From NCBI RefSeq assembly GCF_964355755.1, contig NC_092670.1, positions 6,872,201-6,936,200 of the forward strand: DNA of 64,000 nucleotides, given 5' to 3'. A program made the translations under genes and the position numbers. The stretch comes from Antedon mediterranea. Lineage: Eukaryota; Animalia; Echinodermata. Of the stretch, positions 1 to 13,600 are shown one piece after another; the stretch's first letter is position 1, and the number at the start of each line of letters is the position of its first letter. Below the pieces are notes generated by a model that did not search any database, was not told where the DNA came from, and was given only the letters and a program-made list of their open reading frames with translations.

Positions 1-603
1 CTTGAAACTGTTTATCGCAAACAAAAGCGCATAATGCGTTTATGCACAAATTCTCAATTCCTTGAGCATTCACCACCATTATTTGCTAGTCTTAACAACT
101 TAACTTAACTTCATAAGGTGTTTTCATGTACACATTTAAGAATAATTTATTTTCAGCTAACTTTTCTAATTATTTTGTTAGAGTGAACTCAGTTCATAAT
201 TATGGCATCAGGTCATTTGATACTTATCGTCCTTATAATTTTGTTACCGATATGGGCAGAAACACTATCAGAGGACATGGTCCAATTTTATGGAACAGTA
301 TTGATGCTTCTATTCGTAATTCATCATCTGTCGAAGTATTTAAAAAGTTGTATAAAAATAATTTGCTCTTAACTTATCAATGAGTGTTACAAATATGTTT
401 ACATTTACATCTTTGAGTTCATATGCCAACATGTTTAGCTAGTATTGTCTCGTCCTGTGCTTCAATTATGTTTGTATCATGTATTAATTATTTTGTTAAG
501 GTGGCCAAATACTGTACGAGCTTTGCTCTTTTTTGGTCATCCTTCCATTTTTGCTTATATTCATTACACTTGTTTATATTGGAAAATAAAAACTGAAACT
601 GAA
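1..603 (+). mobile_element. 3' end of CR1/L2-group LINE (duplicate of 30229-30831)
   Basis: RT C-terminal remnant (ORF 126-383, GPILWNSI), AATAAA plus (AACTGA)n tail; matches the copy at offset 30228. Confidence 0.85.
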
Positions 604-674
604 TAATATATTCACCAATGAGAATTTAAATAAACGTGAGATGAGGATGAGGAGATCTGTAAAAATGAGAAAAA

Positions 675-738
675 AGTTGCCACAACCGAGATTCTGAACC
701 TTCTGCGTGATATGCAGATGTCCTAACCATTATACCAT
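675..738 (-). repeat. Degenerate tRNA-derived sequence (SINE head-like)
   Basis: Minus strand has an A-box TGGTATAATGG and a B-box-like GGTTCAGAATC; cloverleaf imperfect. Confidence 0.45.
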
Positions 739-899
739 TATCCTGTCATGGTATTGTTCAAACTCTTTAACACTCTCGGCGGGGTATGGCGGAAATGAAT
801 AGTCCATCAAATATACGCACGCGCACCAGAGATCAAATAAATACGCCCTCATCTTTTCAGTATTTTTATTCACGAATCGGGATCTCTAAACAGAGGAGT

Positions 900-1148
900 G
901 ACTGAGAGATTGGAATGTTCCATCCATGGAAGACAGTATATACCACGCTCGGAAAAACACCCTATTTGGTTGGGGCAAATCGTTGAACCTAAATTAGTTT
1001 TATTTGTCAATAACTACTTATTCAACGCGATTTAATTAGTAAACAGGGTTACAACAGGTGGTTAAAATCAGTACCGAAAATACAAACCAACTTTTTATAC
1101 CATCGAGTAAAAATTCTAAAAGTAACGCGTGATTTACCGACTTTTGCC
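900..1148 (+). repeat. Dispersed repeat, inverted partner of 4058-4520
   Basis: Reverse complement aligns by eye to 4058-4280 and 4495-4520 (e.g. ggttaaaatcagtaccgaaa / tttcggtactgattttaacc). Confidence 0.8.
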
Positions 1149-1489
1149 AGACAGAACAGAATTCTAAACCGCCCAGTGAAATTTAATTAATTAATTTGAA
1201 ACGGTAAAGATGAGAAAATCTTTTAGAATGAGAAAAAGTCGCCCCAACTGAGATGTCTTAGTCACACTCACACACACAAAGCCTCATGCACTTGGAACAA
1301 GCCTCTACAATATATTCGAGCGCTCTCAAACTCTCAATCATTCCTTAAAACAATATTGACATTTCTAACAGAGTATATTATTAGGATGAAAAGTCGTTCC
1401 AACCAAGTTTAATGCTGTCAAGAGAAATTTTATTAGTTTTTATTTCCTATGTTCAGTATCATAAAAATATTGTGATTTATTTTCTGTAG

Positions 1490-1765
1490 ATAATGTATTG
1501 ACTATTGACTGCCCGACAAACGTCACTTCAAACAATTATATCGGAGAAGAATTTGGTTTAATACAAATTACCACAGATGAAGGGAGTCAAACTGCCACAG
1601 TCACGTGGGATCCTCCTGTGACAAGTGACGATGGAACAGTGACTGTAGTGTCATCACCGTATGAGTCAGGTGACATGATACCAATCGGTACTCACGCAAT
1701 CACCTTTACAGCAATTGGTTCTGCTGGCAACAATGAAACTTGTGACTTTTATATCAAGGTTGAAG
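1490..1765 (+). CDS. HYR exon, type A (copy 1)
   Basis: tgtag|AT...GAAG|gt, phase 1-1; [29 protein letters not shown]. Confidence 0.9.
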
Positions 1766-4700
1766 GTAAAAATCTGAAAAAAAGTTTTTCATGAATTTTA
1801 TATTGTATCCTTACGGGAAAAAAACACCGATATGAATAATCTTGGAAACTAAAAACTATATACAGTTTAATATATCAAACCATATTTTCAATTATATAAT
1901 GTATGTGGATAATCAAAGTCAGCAAATTATCCAATTAGATAATTTTTTTTTTAATGAAGAACGCATGATCAATCATGACCGTAACACCAAGTGCTCAATT
2001 CTTACAACGCAGCAATGAATCCTTCAGGTCAAACACATTTCTACAAAACCTTTATAGATTAGTTTCTGTTTTGTTTGCGGAAACACGACCTAAGAGGAAT
2101 TATGATATTGTGTTATTTGATTCTAGAATATGGAATGTTTCAATTATAAACACACATGAATGTGCATCAGCATTTCTTTTTAGCAAATAGCTAATTACTA
2201 AATATTGTTCTTGCTTTTTAAGTTCTTCCATTCTCTATTAAAACAAATGTCCTCCGAGCTTGTCTCTCTCTTTATAGCGCCCTTTCCCCTCTCATCTGAG
2301 AAGTGTCTCACTTCTCCAAATTATAATAGAATAATTATTAACCGTATTATTTCAAAAATAATGAATAAATAAATATTAAATGAATAAATAAATACAACTG
2401 TAGAGTAACCGTTTCTCTAAAAACCATGCTGGTAATTTCACAGCTCTGTCACATCTTGTGGTTTCAGGACTAGGTATTGGTTTGTTTATTGTTGGTCAGT
2501 TGTATCTTGTTTAATTTTTGCGATGGCTGGATATATCGTTAAGACGGTTAAACTTTACTTGCGGTATAGAAGAATACTCTGGAGATGTGACTTTAGCAAC
2601 AACTGTCAACTAATTGATTAACTGTCAAATACCACCTGCTGACACAATTAAATCTCTTTTCTAATGAGCATTACAATTATGCAAAGCAATTTGGCTTTTG
2701 GCGTTTTAAATCCCATCCTGAGATTAGCGGTCATCATGGTATAATGGCTTGTCCAAGTACCTTTTCTATACTTCTTGATTTCATAAACTTGTTATTTTTG
2801 CGAAACTTTTAGAAATTAATGAAATATGAGCACCACTATCAATTAATTCACTGACTTTGTGACCTTCTACATGTACCATAATTTGAGCATTAAAACGTTG
2901 TGGAAGACTACTAGAAACATTATCAGAAAGACTATCAGTAACATCGTCTACTATAGACATCCGTGAGGGCTTCAAAATGGATATTAGCCCCTTCAGAAGC
3001 TGACAATCGACCATCATTTCTAGCTACAGTAGTTCTAGTTTTCCGGATGATGATTATGTTTAGGTGTAATATTAAGAGGGCTGCGTCCTTTCATACTCCT
3101 AGGGTAGGCTTACTCTGGTGTCGTGGGTGGGTTAGAAGTGTAAGTATAATTAGAAGACTTGTTCCTGTTGTGTCTTTGTTCAGTTCTTCACTAAGTGAAG
3201 ATCGTCTGAAGTAATCATACTTTTATAATAATTGTCACGTCTCTTTTCACGGTCACCACTACTGTTTGAATGATAACAATAACAATTTCAGTGGGAAAAT
3301 ACTTTAGTATAAGTTAAGTTTAACTATCAAGATCCTCGATATGCCCGGTTTTCGCATTTCAAGTACATTAAACAAGGCCAACAGCCATTAGTCGCGTGCT
3401 AAAACGCATGGTGATACCGGACCGACAGACAGACCGACCGACCGACCGATATAGTGAACTATAGAGTCGCGTCCACGCGACTAAAAACAAGATCAAACAA
3501 CCATTGCTTTGCCGGTTGCGACGCAAACATAATCTTGGAGGTAAAGTAATTGATGTTGGTACCTTTTTTTTGAGCAAGTTCATACAACTACTACAGCAGA
3601 CACGTAACTTTGAAAAGGAGTTTAGATTTTTCTTATTTCTGCTAGTTAATGTAATTTTATTTATAACTATATCCAGTGCAGTAGCGTCTATGTTGTTTTT
3701 CTCAAACATGGTTTTCTGCCAATAGCATGGTTGCATGTTGTAAGCCTAGGCCTATATATATAAAGTAAATCGATAAAAAAAGTTGTTGCTTATTTAAATT
3801 AATGTATGTACACATTCTTATATTATATATATTGGCTATTTGTGTGAACATAAAGACAGGATAGAAAACAGCTCATCTATACTGTGTATAAGTAGTCGAA
3901 TAATCTTCCACCGTTCCAGATAACATAATTTATTGAATATACAATTAAATCGGTGGCATATGCTCATACACATAAGAATACAAATACTCAACAAACGGAT
4001 ACAATGGGATCATGCCCAAGAACAATAAAATAATAATCTATATATAAATTTACGTAAGGGCAAAATTCGGTAAATTGCGCCTTACTTATAGAATTTTTAC
4101 TCGATGGTATATAAAGTTGGTTCGTACTTTCGGTACTGATTTTAACCACCTGATGTAACCCTGTTTACTAATTAAATTATGTTAGATAATTAGTTATTGA
4201 CGATTAAAACGAATTTGGGTTCAACGATTTGCCCCAAATAGGGGTGTTTTCCGATCGTGGTATACACTGTCTAATGGATGTCCATCTTGAAAAATACCCG
4301 CCACAAAAATGCGAAGAGGCTTCGCATTTTCCTATCTCCTCCTACGATAATTGTTTTTAATAGCTGAAAACCGGTTGAACAGCTAGAGTACAGCATCATA
4401 ATGTTGAAGACAGGCCGATTTTCTTTAAAAAATACTATTTTGATTTTGATTTTTGATTTAATATACGATTATACAAATGTATTGATTTGCGATGAATGGA
4501 ACATCCCAATCTCTCAGTCTGCCAGAGTTTGGTTTAACACAAGCAGGTAAATTTATGAGCCCTTGGTTTAACACATAGGGTAGGTAAATATATGGGCCCT
4601 TTGAGAATAAACTTGCAATACTTTGACAATACTGTAAATACCTATTAACTATTTTAGGTCCTTATTTGAATCGAGCATTTCTTACTGTTAGATGTAATAT

Positions 4701-6505
4701 AAAAATATATACAAATAAACTTTATTACTGAGATTGTGGATAGGCTCTACTGTTAGATATATAAACACATTATTATATACAAATAAACTTTATACTGACA
4801 GTTCCTTCTCAACGTTTGTATTAATTAATAATTACCAGAAATATAAACGTCGTAGTCGTATTTCAATCGATTATGACAGTGACAGTTTTAACAAAGTATT
4901 AAATCGCAAATGTTTTACTGTATTTAGATGTAGGCCTATATTATTTATAGGCCTATAAAACATGAAAGAAATATTTCGTTACTGAGGGGATAAAGGATAT
5001 ATTTAAAAATTGTTCTTCTTTGTACCTATCCGCTTTCTCATCCCTCAACCCTAATGTTACATACAAAACACAAATTGGGTTTCTTTAAATGAGTCCAAAT
5101 CAAAAATTTGGACTCATTTTGTGATAAGTTTCTCCTTCGGAAGTAATTCCCAGGGTGCTAATTTTAGTTGACTACATAAATCATCGTGTCTATTTATTCG
5201 TTTCTGTAAACGACAATGTATTATACTGTAGTCCTGCGGTACGTACATTTGAAATCGCCAGTTTTGTTACGCTGAAATTACTGTGTATTCGAGAACCGTC
5301 TGTGGGTACGACCTAGATGGTCCCATCTAGTAATAATAATTTAAAACGCACCGATGACTGAAAAGCCGATTCCATCCCCTACCGGTGTGTGGTCGCACTT
5401 CACTCTTTAAAAAACCCCCACTGCATTTTTGATAAATATAACTGAGAAATGCAGTAAAAGTAACAAAATTAAAATACAAATTTATAAAAGGGAATTCAAT
5501 AACTGAAATCTTTACATACGGTACATATTTATAAAGTGTCTCTGTAGTTAAAAGATTTCGTTTTTCTCAAACTAATTTGAATATTATTGCTGGAAAGCGG
5601 ATTTTGTTTCCCTTCTTTCTGATAAGTTCTTATAGTTAAGTTACCACAAACAAGTATAGTTTGATTAATTATTCTATGTGACTTTTAATAACAACGTATA
5701 GTTAGGATTTATATTGCGATAATCACAAACCATACGTAAAAATCAAAGGGATCTTTTAGACGTTAAAAACACCGTAATTCGTTTCTTTACAGGTTGTATG
5801 TAAATAAGAAAGTAATTAGCATGATAAAACAACAAGGAACATTTAAAAACAATTTATACATAATTGGAACATTATGACAATAAACAAAGTAAAATATAAT
5901 AGATATTAGTAAAACTGTATTCAGAATAAAAAAATCTATCCAACGATACCAAAAAGTACATTATTTTGGTAAAAATACATTTTGACCTTTTGACCATTAT
6001 TGGTCCTACAAAGATTTGCTCTTGGAGGTCATGATTTTCTTCAATCACTGGGTATAATTTTTACTATAGATATCATTAATTATAATTATTATCTTCATGG
6101 TTTAGATTCAGAAAATCCGGATATTATAGATTGTCCAATGGATATGATTGTTAACACAACAACTGGTGAGGCATTTGCAATCAATGTCACATGGATGGAA
6201 CCGACAGCAACTGATAACTCTGGAGATACTTCTGTACCAGTAGCAGACTACAGTTCTGGTGATAATATGTTTGTAATTGGTGACACAACAGTCCAGTACA
6301 ATGTCTCAGATTCAGCTGATAACTTTAATGATGGCTGTAGTTTTGTTGTCACTGTTGAAGGTAAGTGAATGTACATTCTGGAAAGAAATTATTACCAATT
6401 CAGTCACATGACTTTTGTAAGTTCGTTGTTAATATAATCCTTGAAGTACTACTTTTTGGCAGACTTTCTGGCAACATGCCTTTATGTTATTAACATAACA
6501 ATTAT

Positions 6506-6538
<33 letters not shown>

Positions 6539-8877
6539 GAAAGACGCTAGTAAATTACCAACTGAACATTTTATTGCACTACAGGCTGTTTCATGAGTAT
6601 GAACTCAATCTTCAGGTGCTTGGCTCTGAATGATAGTCACAAGTGAATACAAAAAGCTATAATGAAGTCTTAAGGCAAACTGTTTATGTGAACAATAGTA
6701 TGCTAATTAGCAAGTACAACACATCTCTATTTCCTGGACAGTCTATTGTTAACCAAATTCTTATTATCTAAATTACTGATACTTTAGTAGAAACTTTCTC
6801 CTATGTCTACATGCACTGACTAATTCGTTCCTATGGTTAAGTGAGCTGGTTTCAGGCTTGCATATAATATAATACTTCTCTTGTAAGCATAGATTACACC
6901 GTTTGTTAACATTGGAATATGGTTTACACTTCTTTATTATTCGCCATTTAATGTTATACTTTATGTTATCATCTTTTAGCTTCCAGATGTACTGGCTAAG
7001 CGTTGTGCTGTTTTTGTATTTAACATTACGGAATGAACTATTGTGTGCGTTATATCTGCATTTAAATGTGTTTTCGGTTAGTCCGACATATGTTTCAACT
7101 TTATCATCATCATTTGTTGTTACTGTAGCCTGATAAACAACACCACTGGTTAGGCATTTCCCATCTAATGGGCATTCATTTCGACAGTTGCATTGCTTGA
7201 TGTTATCACAGGGCATATCATTACGTAATACATTTTTGTTGTGGGCCGATATTACAGACCCTATATTAGGCATACAACTATAGCTGATTTTAATGGTGTT
7301 TCTATTAAATATTTTTCTTAGCTCATGGTTATGTGGAAAACATTCATCTACAGTCTTTAAGAACTCGTGCCCTATTTTGGTTTTCACGTTGGCACTGTAA
7401 GGCGGGTTGAACCAGATGATATTTCTTTTCCTTGTCTTCTTCACATTATTTTGTGCGCTGGTATTGGTCGGGTTGTACTTCAGATTGTGGTCGTATCCAC
7501 TTTCATACAAGGCTTCTTGGTACGGTTTCTTTGATTCATTGAAAACAGTTTCATTCGAAGAAATGTTTGATAATCTTTTGTTTATGCCTTCAGGGATGTT
7601 CTTAATTATTGATGCTGGATGATTACTTTTGCAATGAACATAGCGTGGTTTGTTGTTTTCCTTTAAATAAGGCTTATAGCTTCCATCGTTGAGATTAAGC
7701 GTTACATCTAGGTAGTTTATAATTTTCTTATTCGCTTTGATCGTTATCTTTAGATTATGTTCTTTGAATGTGCTGCAGAGATCTTTTTTTATTTTTTCAA
7801 TAACATGAGGAGTTTCATTAAATGCCGCGAGTCCGTCATCCCTGTACAATCCTATGTTATTACCGTACTTGGGCTCCAGTTTGGCTAGCAGAAACAGACC
7901 AATTAACTCGCATGTTTCAGCACCGTCGTAGCTACCCATAGTAACATCGAATGTAGTGTTCCTTTTGCACCAAGCTGTCTCGTCGTTGAATAGTAGTGTA
8001 TTCTTGGCTTTGATTACTATTTCCCTTTCTTCCTCTGTAATATCGGTGAATTTTTTAGCAAAGTTGAGGGCTTCATTGAGAAGGTCCAAAGTTATCGAAG
8101 GATAAAATTCTGTTACATCAAAGCATATGAACAGATGATTTTCCTTATCCCGGATGCCTTTAAACCATTCTATCATGTCGTTAGTATTCCTCCACTGGTT
8201 AAGCTTGGTCTTACGTGCGATATGTTTGTTAACTCTTTCTAGGATGTGTTTACTTATCTTTCCTATCTCTGATTTTGAGGGGTTAATTAGTCTGCAAGTC
8301 GGCTTGTTTACAAAATTTTCCTTATGATTTTTCAGGGTTATAAAGGCATTACGTCTTCCAGTTGTTTCTATCCTGTCATCTAGCTGTAGTTCTTTGGCTA
8401 TCTTAATTTCGTCTTTGGTTATACTATTTACAGAATCCGCCGGTGCTTTTTTGTATGTTTTTGTTATATTCTTTTGCAATAAGTCGTTATAATCATTCGC
8501 GTCCATGCGGTAGAAGTTATTTGATTTGTCTGCCGGTATAATTAGTTTGCTGTCCTGCTTTATCTTTTTCGCGTCTCTCTCTAGGTTTTTCTGAAACGGG
8601 CATTTATTATCTTCAAACTTGATATTCTGTACTAAATTAAGCATACTATTGTTCACATAAACAGTTTGCCTTAAGAATTCATTATAGCTTTTTGTATTCA
8701 CTTGTGACTATCATTCAGAGCCAAGCACCTGAAGATTGAGTTCATACTCATGAAACAGCCTGTAGTGCAATAAAATGTTCAGTTGGTAATTTACTAGCGT
8801 CTTTCATTTATTTATATTTGGCTCTACATTTTGTATCGAGCACTTTCGCTTTCATGGTCTGCGTTAAATTCACCACG

Positions 8878-8940
<63 letters not shown>

Positions 8941-10594
8941 ATCCAAAGGCAAATTACTGAAAAAATGACAATGCTGTGGGTATCAGTGGCTGGATCTCAA
9001 TGGAGATACAAAAATAAAAAGCGAAAAGCTAAATCAAAACGATAAAGTAAACAGCCAGAAAAGTTAGCAGAGCTTTCGGGCAACACTAGCTCTTCATCAG
9101 TGCAAGTGAAGGAATTTGGATAACGTCATAGTATAAAGCTGGCAAGTGCTGCCTGGGTGGACAGGAATAAAAGAAATATAACAAAGGAAGCCAGGGTGGA
9201 GTCTGAATAAGAGTAGAAAACAAAGAAGGTAGCTTGGTAGAGATATAAACAATTTTGGAATGAGACTAAAAAACAGCTTAAATGGTGGTTAATATTGAAA
9301 CTTAAATTTTGGTAGTAAATGGAATAATGTTACCGATCTGGGAGTATGTTCCTAATGTTAAGTCCAAAAGGTTTTAAGGTTTTGTGGTTTTAAGTAGTAA
9401 TTCCCAGTGGTTTTCTTTGTCTTTGCGAGTTTTGTCGCTCCATTTGACATCGTGGTCTATTGCAATAACTCTGAAATTTGCAATCGACCAGCTGAATTAA
9501 AATGTACGGCTACAGGTTGATCAAGCTTTAATGTTTTGATAGCTGATCTATGTTGTATATATTTCTTGTCAAATGTGATCTAGTTTTACCTTTCAAAGGA
9601 GAAATAGGCAGGATGTACAATAATTTAAAACTCAGTAAATTAGCATTAAAAAGGTAATATAGTAGATCCCCTATTAAAAGACGCTAAAGACAAATTGTGC
9701 TGTGTCAATATGAATCTAGGGTGCGCATCAGAATGTGAAAACGTGCATGAGAAGGACATACACGTTGAACTCTGCCTGTCAATCTGTCGGCAGTTTATAA
9801 ATAATAATGATAAATGAATTGGTAAATCATAGAATTATTAAGATGTGAAGTATAGTAAAACTACAGCTAATTAGGGACTTGAAATCAACACAAAAAGTGC
9901 ACATGGTAATCGAAAACACTTTTGATTCAGAGGGCGAGCGTTGAGCAAATGAAACATTATTTTCGCAGGCCGGCATGGTTTATATATCCGGCCATGGCGG
10001 TACACAATAGATAAGGTTGCAAGGTTAATACGTGACGTAACAACAACAACAACAATTCTGGAAAGTGATATCCTACCGTGTGTGGCCCATCATGGTAAAT
10101 CAGTGTGCCAAATGTGAGCACGTACCATTCAGAGGTTTCGGATGAAATGCATACGTGAAAAATTTAGTAGCATTAATATATAGAGAATTTAGTTTCTTTG
10201 TACTACATACATACTTTCTGTTTTTGTCTTATTTTCTTTTTAGAGAAGCCTAATATACTTTAAAATGTGTTTTTATATTAGATAATGAACGCCCAGTTAT
10301 TGACTGCCCAACAAATGTTACTTCAAACAATTACAACCAAACAAGGTTTGGTTTAATAGTTATTAGCAAGGATGAAGGAAATTCACTTGCCACGGTGACC
10401 TGGAACCCTCCTGTGACAAGTGACAATAGCAATGGAATAGTGACTGTAGTGTCATCACCTTATGAATCAGGTGACATAATACCAAGTGGTGTTCACACAA
10501 TCACCTTTACAGCAACTGACCCTACTGGAAATAGTGACAACTGTGATTTAAGTTTCCGGGTCCAAGGTACAAGGTTTTCAAGAATTTAGTAAAT

Positions 10595-10632
<38 letters not shown>

Positions 10633-13600
10633 TTCAACATTTATTAGTTTCTATCATTGGTAAAGCAATACAATAAAAAGAGTGGTAATTTATAATGAGA
10701 CAATACAAAAATACCATTAATAGAGGATCTTGCAAGAAGAGATTTCTTGTCACGCAAGACCCATATACAAAAATAAAAAAATAAATTTGTATATAATTAT
10801 ATATAAAATAAAAAGTCATGACAAAGTTTAAAGGTCTAGTGAGTACAATGATACTAAATGTTTTTTACTTTATTTTACAGGAGATTTCATGTTTGTGGCC
10901 AACGTTTTTCCTCCAGTAATGTATATGTCAAGTATAGGTTCCGGTAATGCCACATCTTTAACCTTTACTCCAGTAATTCAAAATGTTCAACTAACCAGAC
11001 CAGCGGCTATTGATTATGATGTCACCACCTCAGCGCTATACTGGTCTGACGTCTCCACGTCTTCAATTGAATATTATTCATTTGTCACAAAACAACACAA
11101 AGTTTTAGTTTCTTTTGAAACCGGAGGTAAGAACAAATAATTATTTTCTATCTAGTAGGATAATTCATTTATAGTGTGGATTCCTTAAAAAAATAGGATT
11201 TCTTACCCAGTTATTGTTGGTATTACCAACAATAATTGGTTAAACTTTAGTTATTAAGCTAGCTAAAATAACACAATCAACACATTTATGATTTTGGCCT
11301 ACTTGTGACCATCAGCAAATTTACAATTTTTATATGATACAGTCTGTTGATTTTGATCTTGTATTTTTGCTAAAATATTTCCCTAAACTACTCACTACAA
11401 CGCATAGGCCTGGACATCTTTGTGTACATCTTCTTTAGTTGTAATAATACAAAATACTCTAGTTCCATACTACATTTATTGTACTAGAGAGTGCTCATGC
11501 TTTAGTAAGTTGAGACGATGATTATTGAAATTCTTTGCAATGATAAACATTTATAATAGGCATACACAATAAAGAATCTTTATTGATCAGATAGAAAATG
11601 TGTTTTTTAGTATAATCTCTGTATAATTAGTATTGAAATGCTTTGTAACGATGTACATTTTTTATAAACTAGAGGTGCGCCCTCTATGAAGTGTAGACGA
11701 TGGATCTCGGAATGTTAAATATTGACTCGGGTAAAAACCTCGGTTACCATATAATTATTGATGTTTGCTTTTCGTAAAAATAAACCTAATCTGCTTGTCA
11801 GTGTCTTTTTTAGACTAATTAAGATGAGGAATATGACATTTTAAAGTACTATGTTCATTGTTGTGTTGATTCGAGGGAGACGGTTGTTTGTTGTAATATG
11901 GTGACATTTTATAGTAAAATAAATTCCCTAGGTATGGATAAATATAACACCGTAATTAATATAATCAACAAGTGATAAATACAGTAAACAATTTTATCAA
12001 AATGCTTGGTAAATTGTAGATCAATACATTCTACTACAAATATGATGTGGCGTTTTTTAGAGGAATGTCTAGGTTGAATATGTTCCAAATAAAATTTTAT
12101 GGGAGAGGAGCGTTTATTCAAATAAATGCAGTAGACCTAATTGGTATAACCAATACATTATTTAGTTTAAATCTGGTAAAACGACCAAACACGACACATG
12201 ACATGGGCCAACGCGCACCCCGGATCTAACGGCGGTACACCTGTATTCGTTATTTTTTGCAGTATGTTTTCATTTTGCATAAACTTCACGCGTGGCCTGT
12301 GAAAAAAGATCAATATGTATGTCACCGCCAATGGCAAACTTTGGATGGGAGCAAAAACTCGGAAGTCGCAAAGTGATTACATCAACCCGGAACTCAGTTA
12401 TCGCGGACGGTTGAAAATCTACCGATGAAATCAGACGTTTTCTTTTAAAACCCTTTATAATATCTTCCTAAGAGAGAACATATCGTAATAGTAAACATTA
12501 ATGTTATCAACTGTACGTTTCGCGGTACATATGAGATAGATAGGACAAGGTCAGACTGTATGGAGAAAATTTAGTGAAGGTACTGTGAACTCATAGAGAC
12601 TTTAAAAACGGGTTACGGTAAGCTACTGAAGTTACCTAGTTATAGCGAAAGCATGATCTTTGTTACGAATAACGTTCCCTCATTTTATGAATATTGGAGG
12701 AACTCCATACATAGTTTTAAGAACAGAATTCATGACACTTATAATATAGTTGATATACTTCCACAATCCAACTTGCATCAGCGTTTGTGCAAATTGATAT
12801 TTTAGGATATTGTAATATAACGATATACTGTTATATTTAAGAAATCGACCTCTGTATCGGAATTTAAATAGGTTCACAAACTTGACCCAGAAAGTCCAGA
12901 GGAGAGTTTGTCCAGATGTTTTAATGACCATTTAGTTTATAATAGAATCCCTAAAGAAAACACTTAGCTTAATTTTGTGACTTTTCCCATCGTTAAACCA
13001 GGAGTGACTGACACTATTTAAGTACAGATTTGACAGTGTCATCCATCACAGAAATACCTTATTATACCGTTAATCACTCCCACTTAAACACCCCTGGATC
13101 AACTTAGGACCAATCGTAACCCTCTAATATTACGTAGTGACATTATGCAAATGAACTGAGCCAATATACCCCCAAGTTTCAGAAGGGCCCAGACACACCT
13201 CACAGCCACTTCTTCAGAAGCAGACCTACACACTTCACACCTCACTGACAGCATCATTGATTGTCCGTTCCTTATCTATACTTATAGTTGTATATTGTAC
13301 TGAAGTATTATACTGAATAAACAATATATGTGTTACGACAGTCAAGCGAGTTAGAGTCTTTCATTAGTACCTCAACAACGCAACATTATATTACATGGTG
13401 GAAGACCCAAATTTCATAAGGAACGGAGTGAGAAAACAAGAAATAAACACTTAACAAGACACGAAGACGAAGACGAAGACAAAAATAACCATATTTGTTT
13501 GAAAGGAGAGAAATTTACTTTGACTCAAAAGACAAGCTGAAATTATATTTGAATGAGATCGAGACAAGCAGAAATTTTATCAAATTATTACCATTGGATG

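Larger units (their letters stand above)
1..6273 (+). repeat. Segmental duplication copy 1 (pairs with 30229-37247)
   Basis: Near-identical at offset 30228, rising to 30974; this copy lacks a 71 bp block (near 2746) and a ~680 bp block (near 6005) present in copy 2. Confidence 0.95.
6527..8880 (-). mobile_element. Penelope-like element (RT plus C-terminal GIY-YIG), 5'-truncated with inverted pseudo-LTR
   Basis: ORF 6773-8701 has RT motifs [22 protein letters not shown], a CNCR..CP linker and GVVY..YVGLT endonuclease. 6527-6704 is the reverse complement of 8640-8817. Flanked by (TA)n on both sides. Confidence 0.93.

Noticed and set aside
126-383. Identical 85 aa ORFs (126 and 30354) as a conserved small protein
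   Set aside because: LINE RT C-terminal remnant duplicated by the segmental duplication.
675-738. Functional tRNA gene
   Set aside because: A and B boxes are present but the arms and spacing are degenerate; better explained as SINE-derived.
8640-8701. Apparent start of the 642 aa Penelope ORF
   Set aside because: The first ~21 codons come from the inverted pLTR; the true N-terminus is truncated, so this is not an intact element.
6773-8701. Selenoprotein-encoding (Naiad-type) Penelope
   Set aside because: The endonuclease is C-terminal and the ORF has no in-frame TGA.
12680-12931. Repeated [11 protein letters not shown].. (also 22856-23053)
   Set aside because: Antisense reading of the two LTRs.
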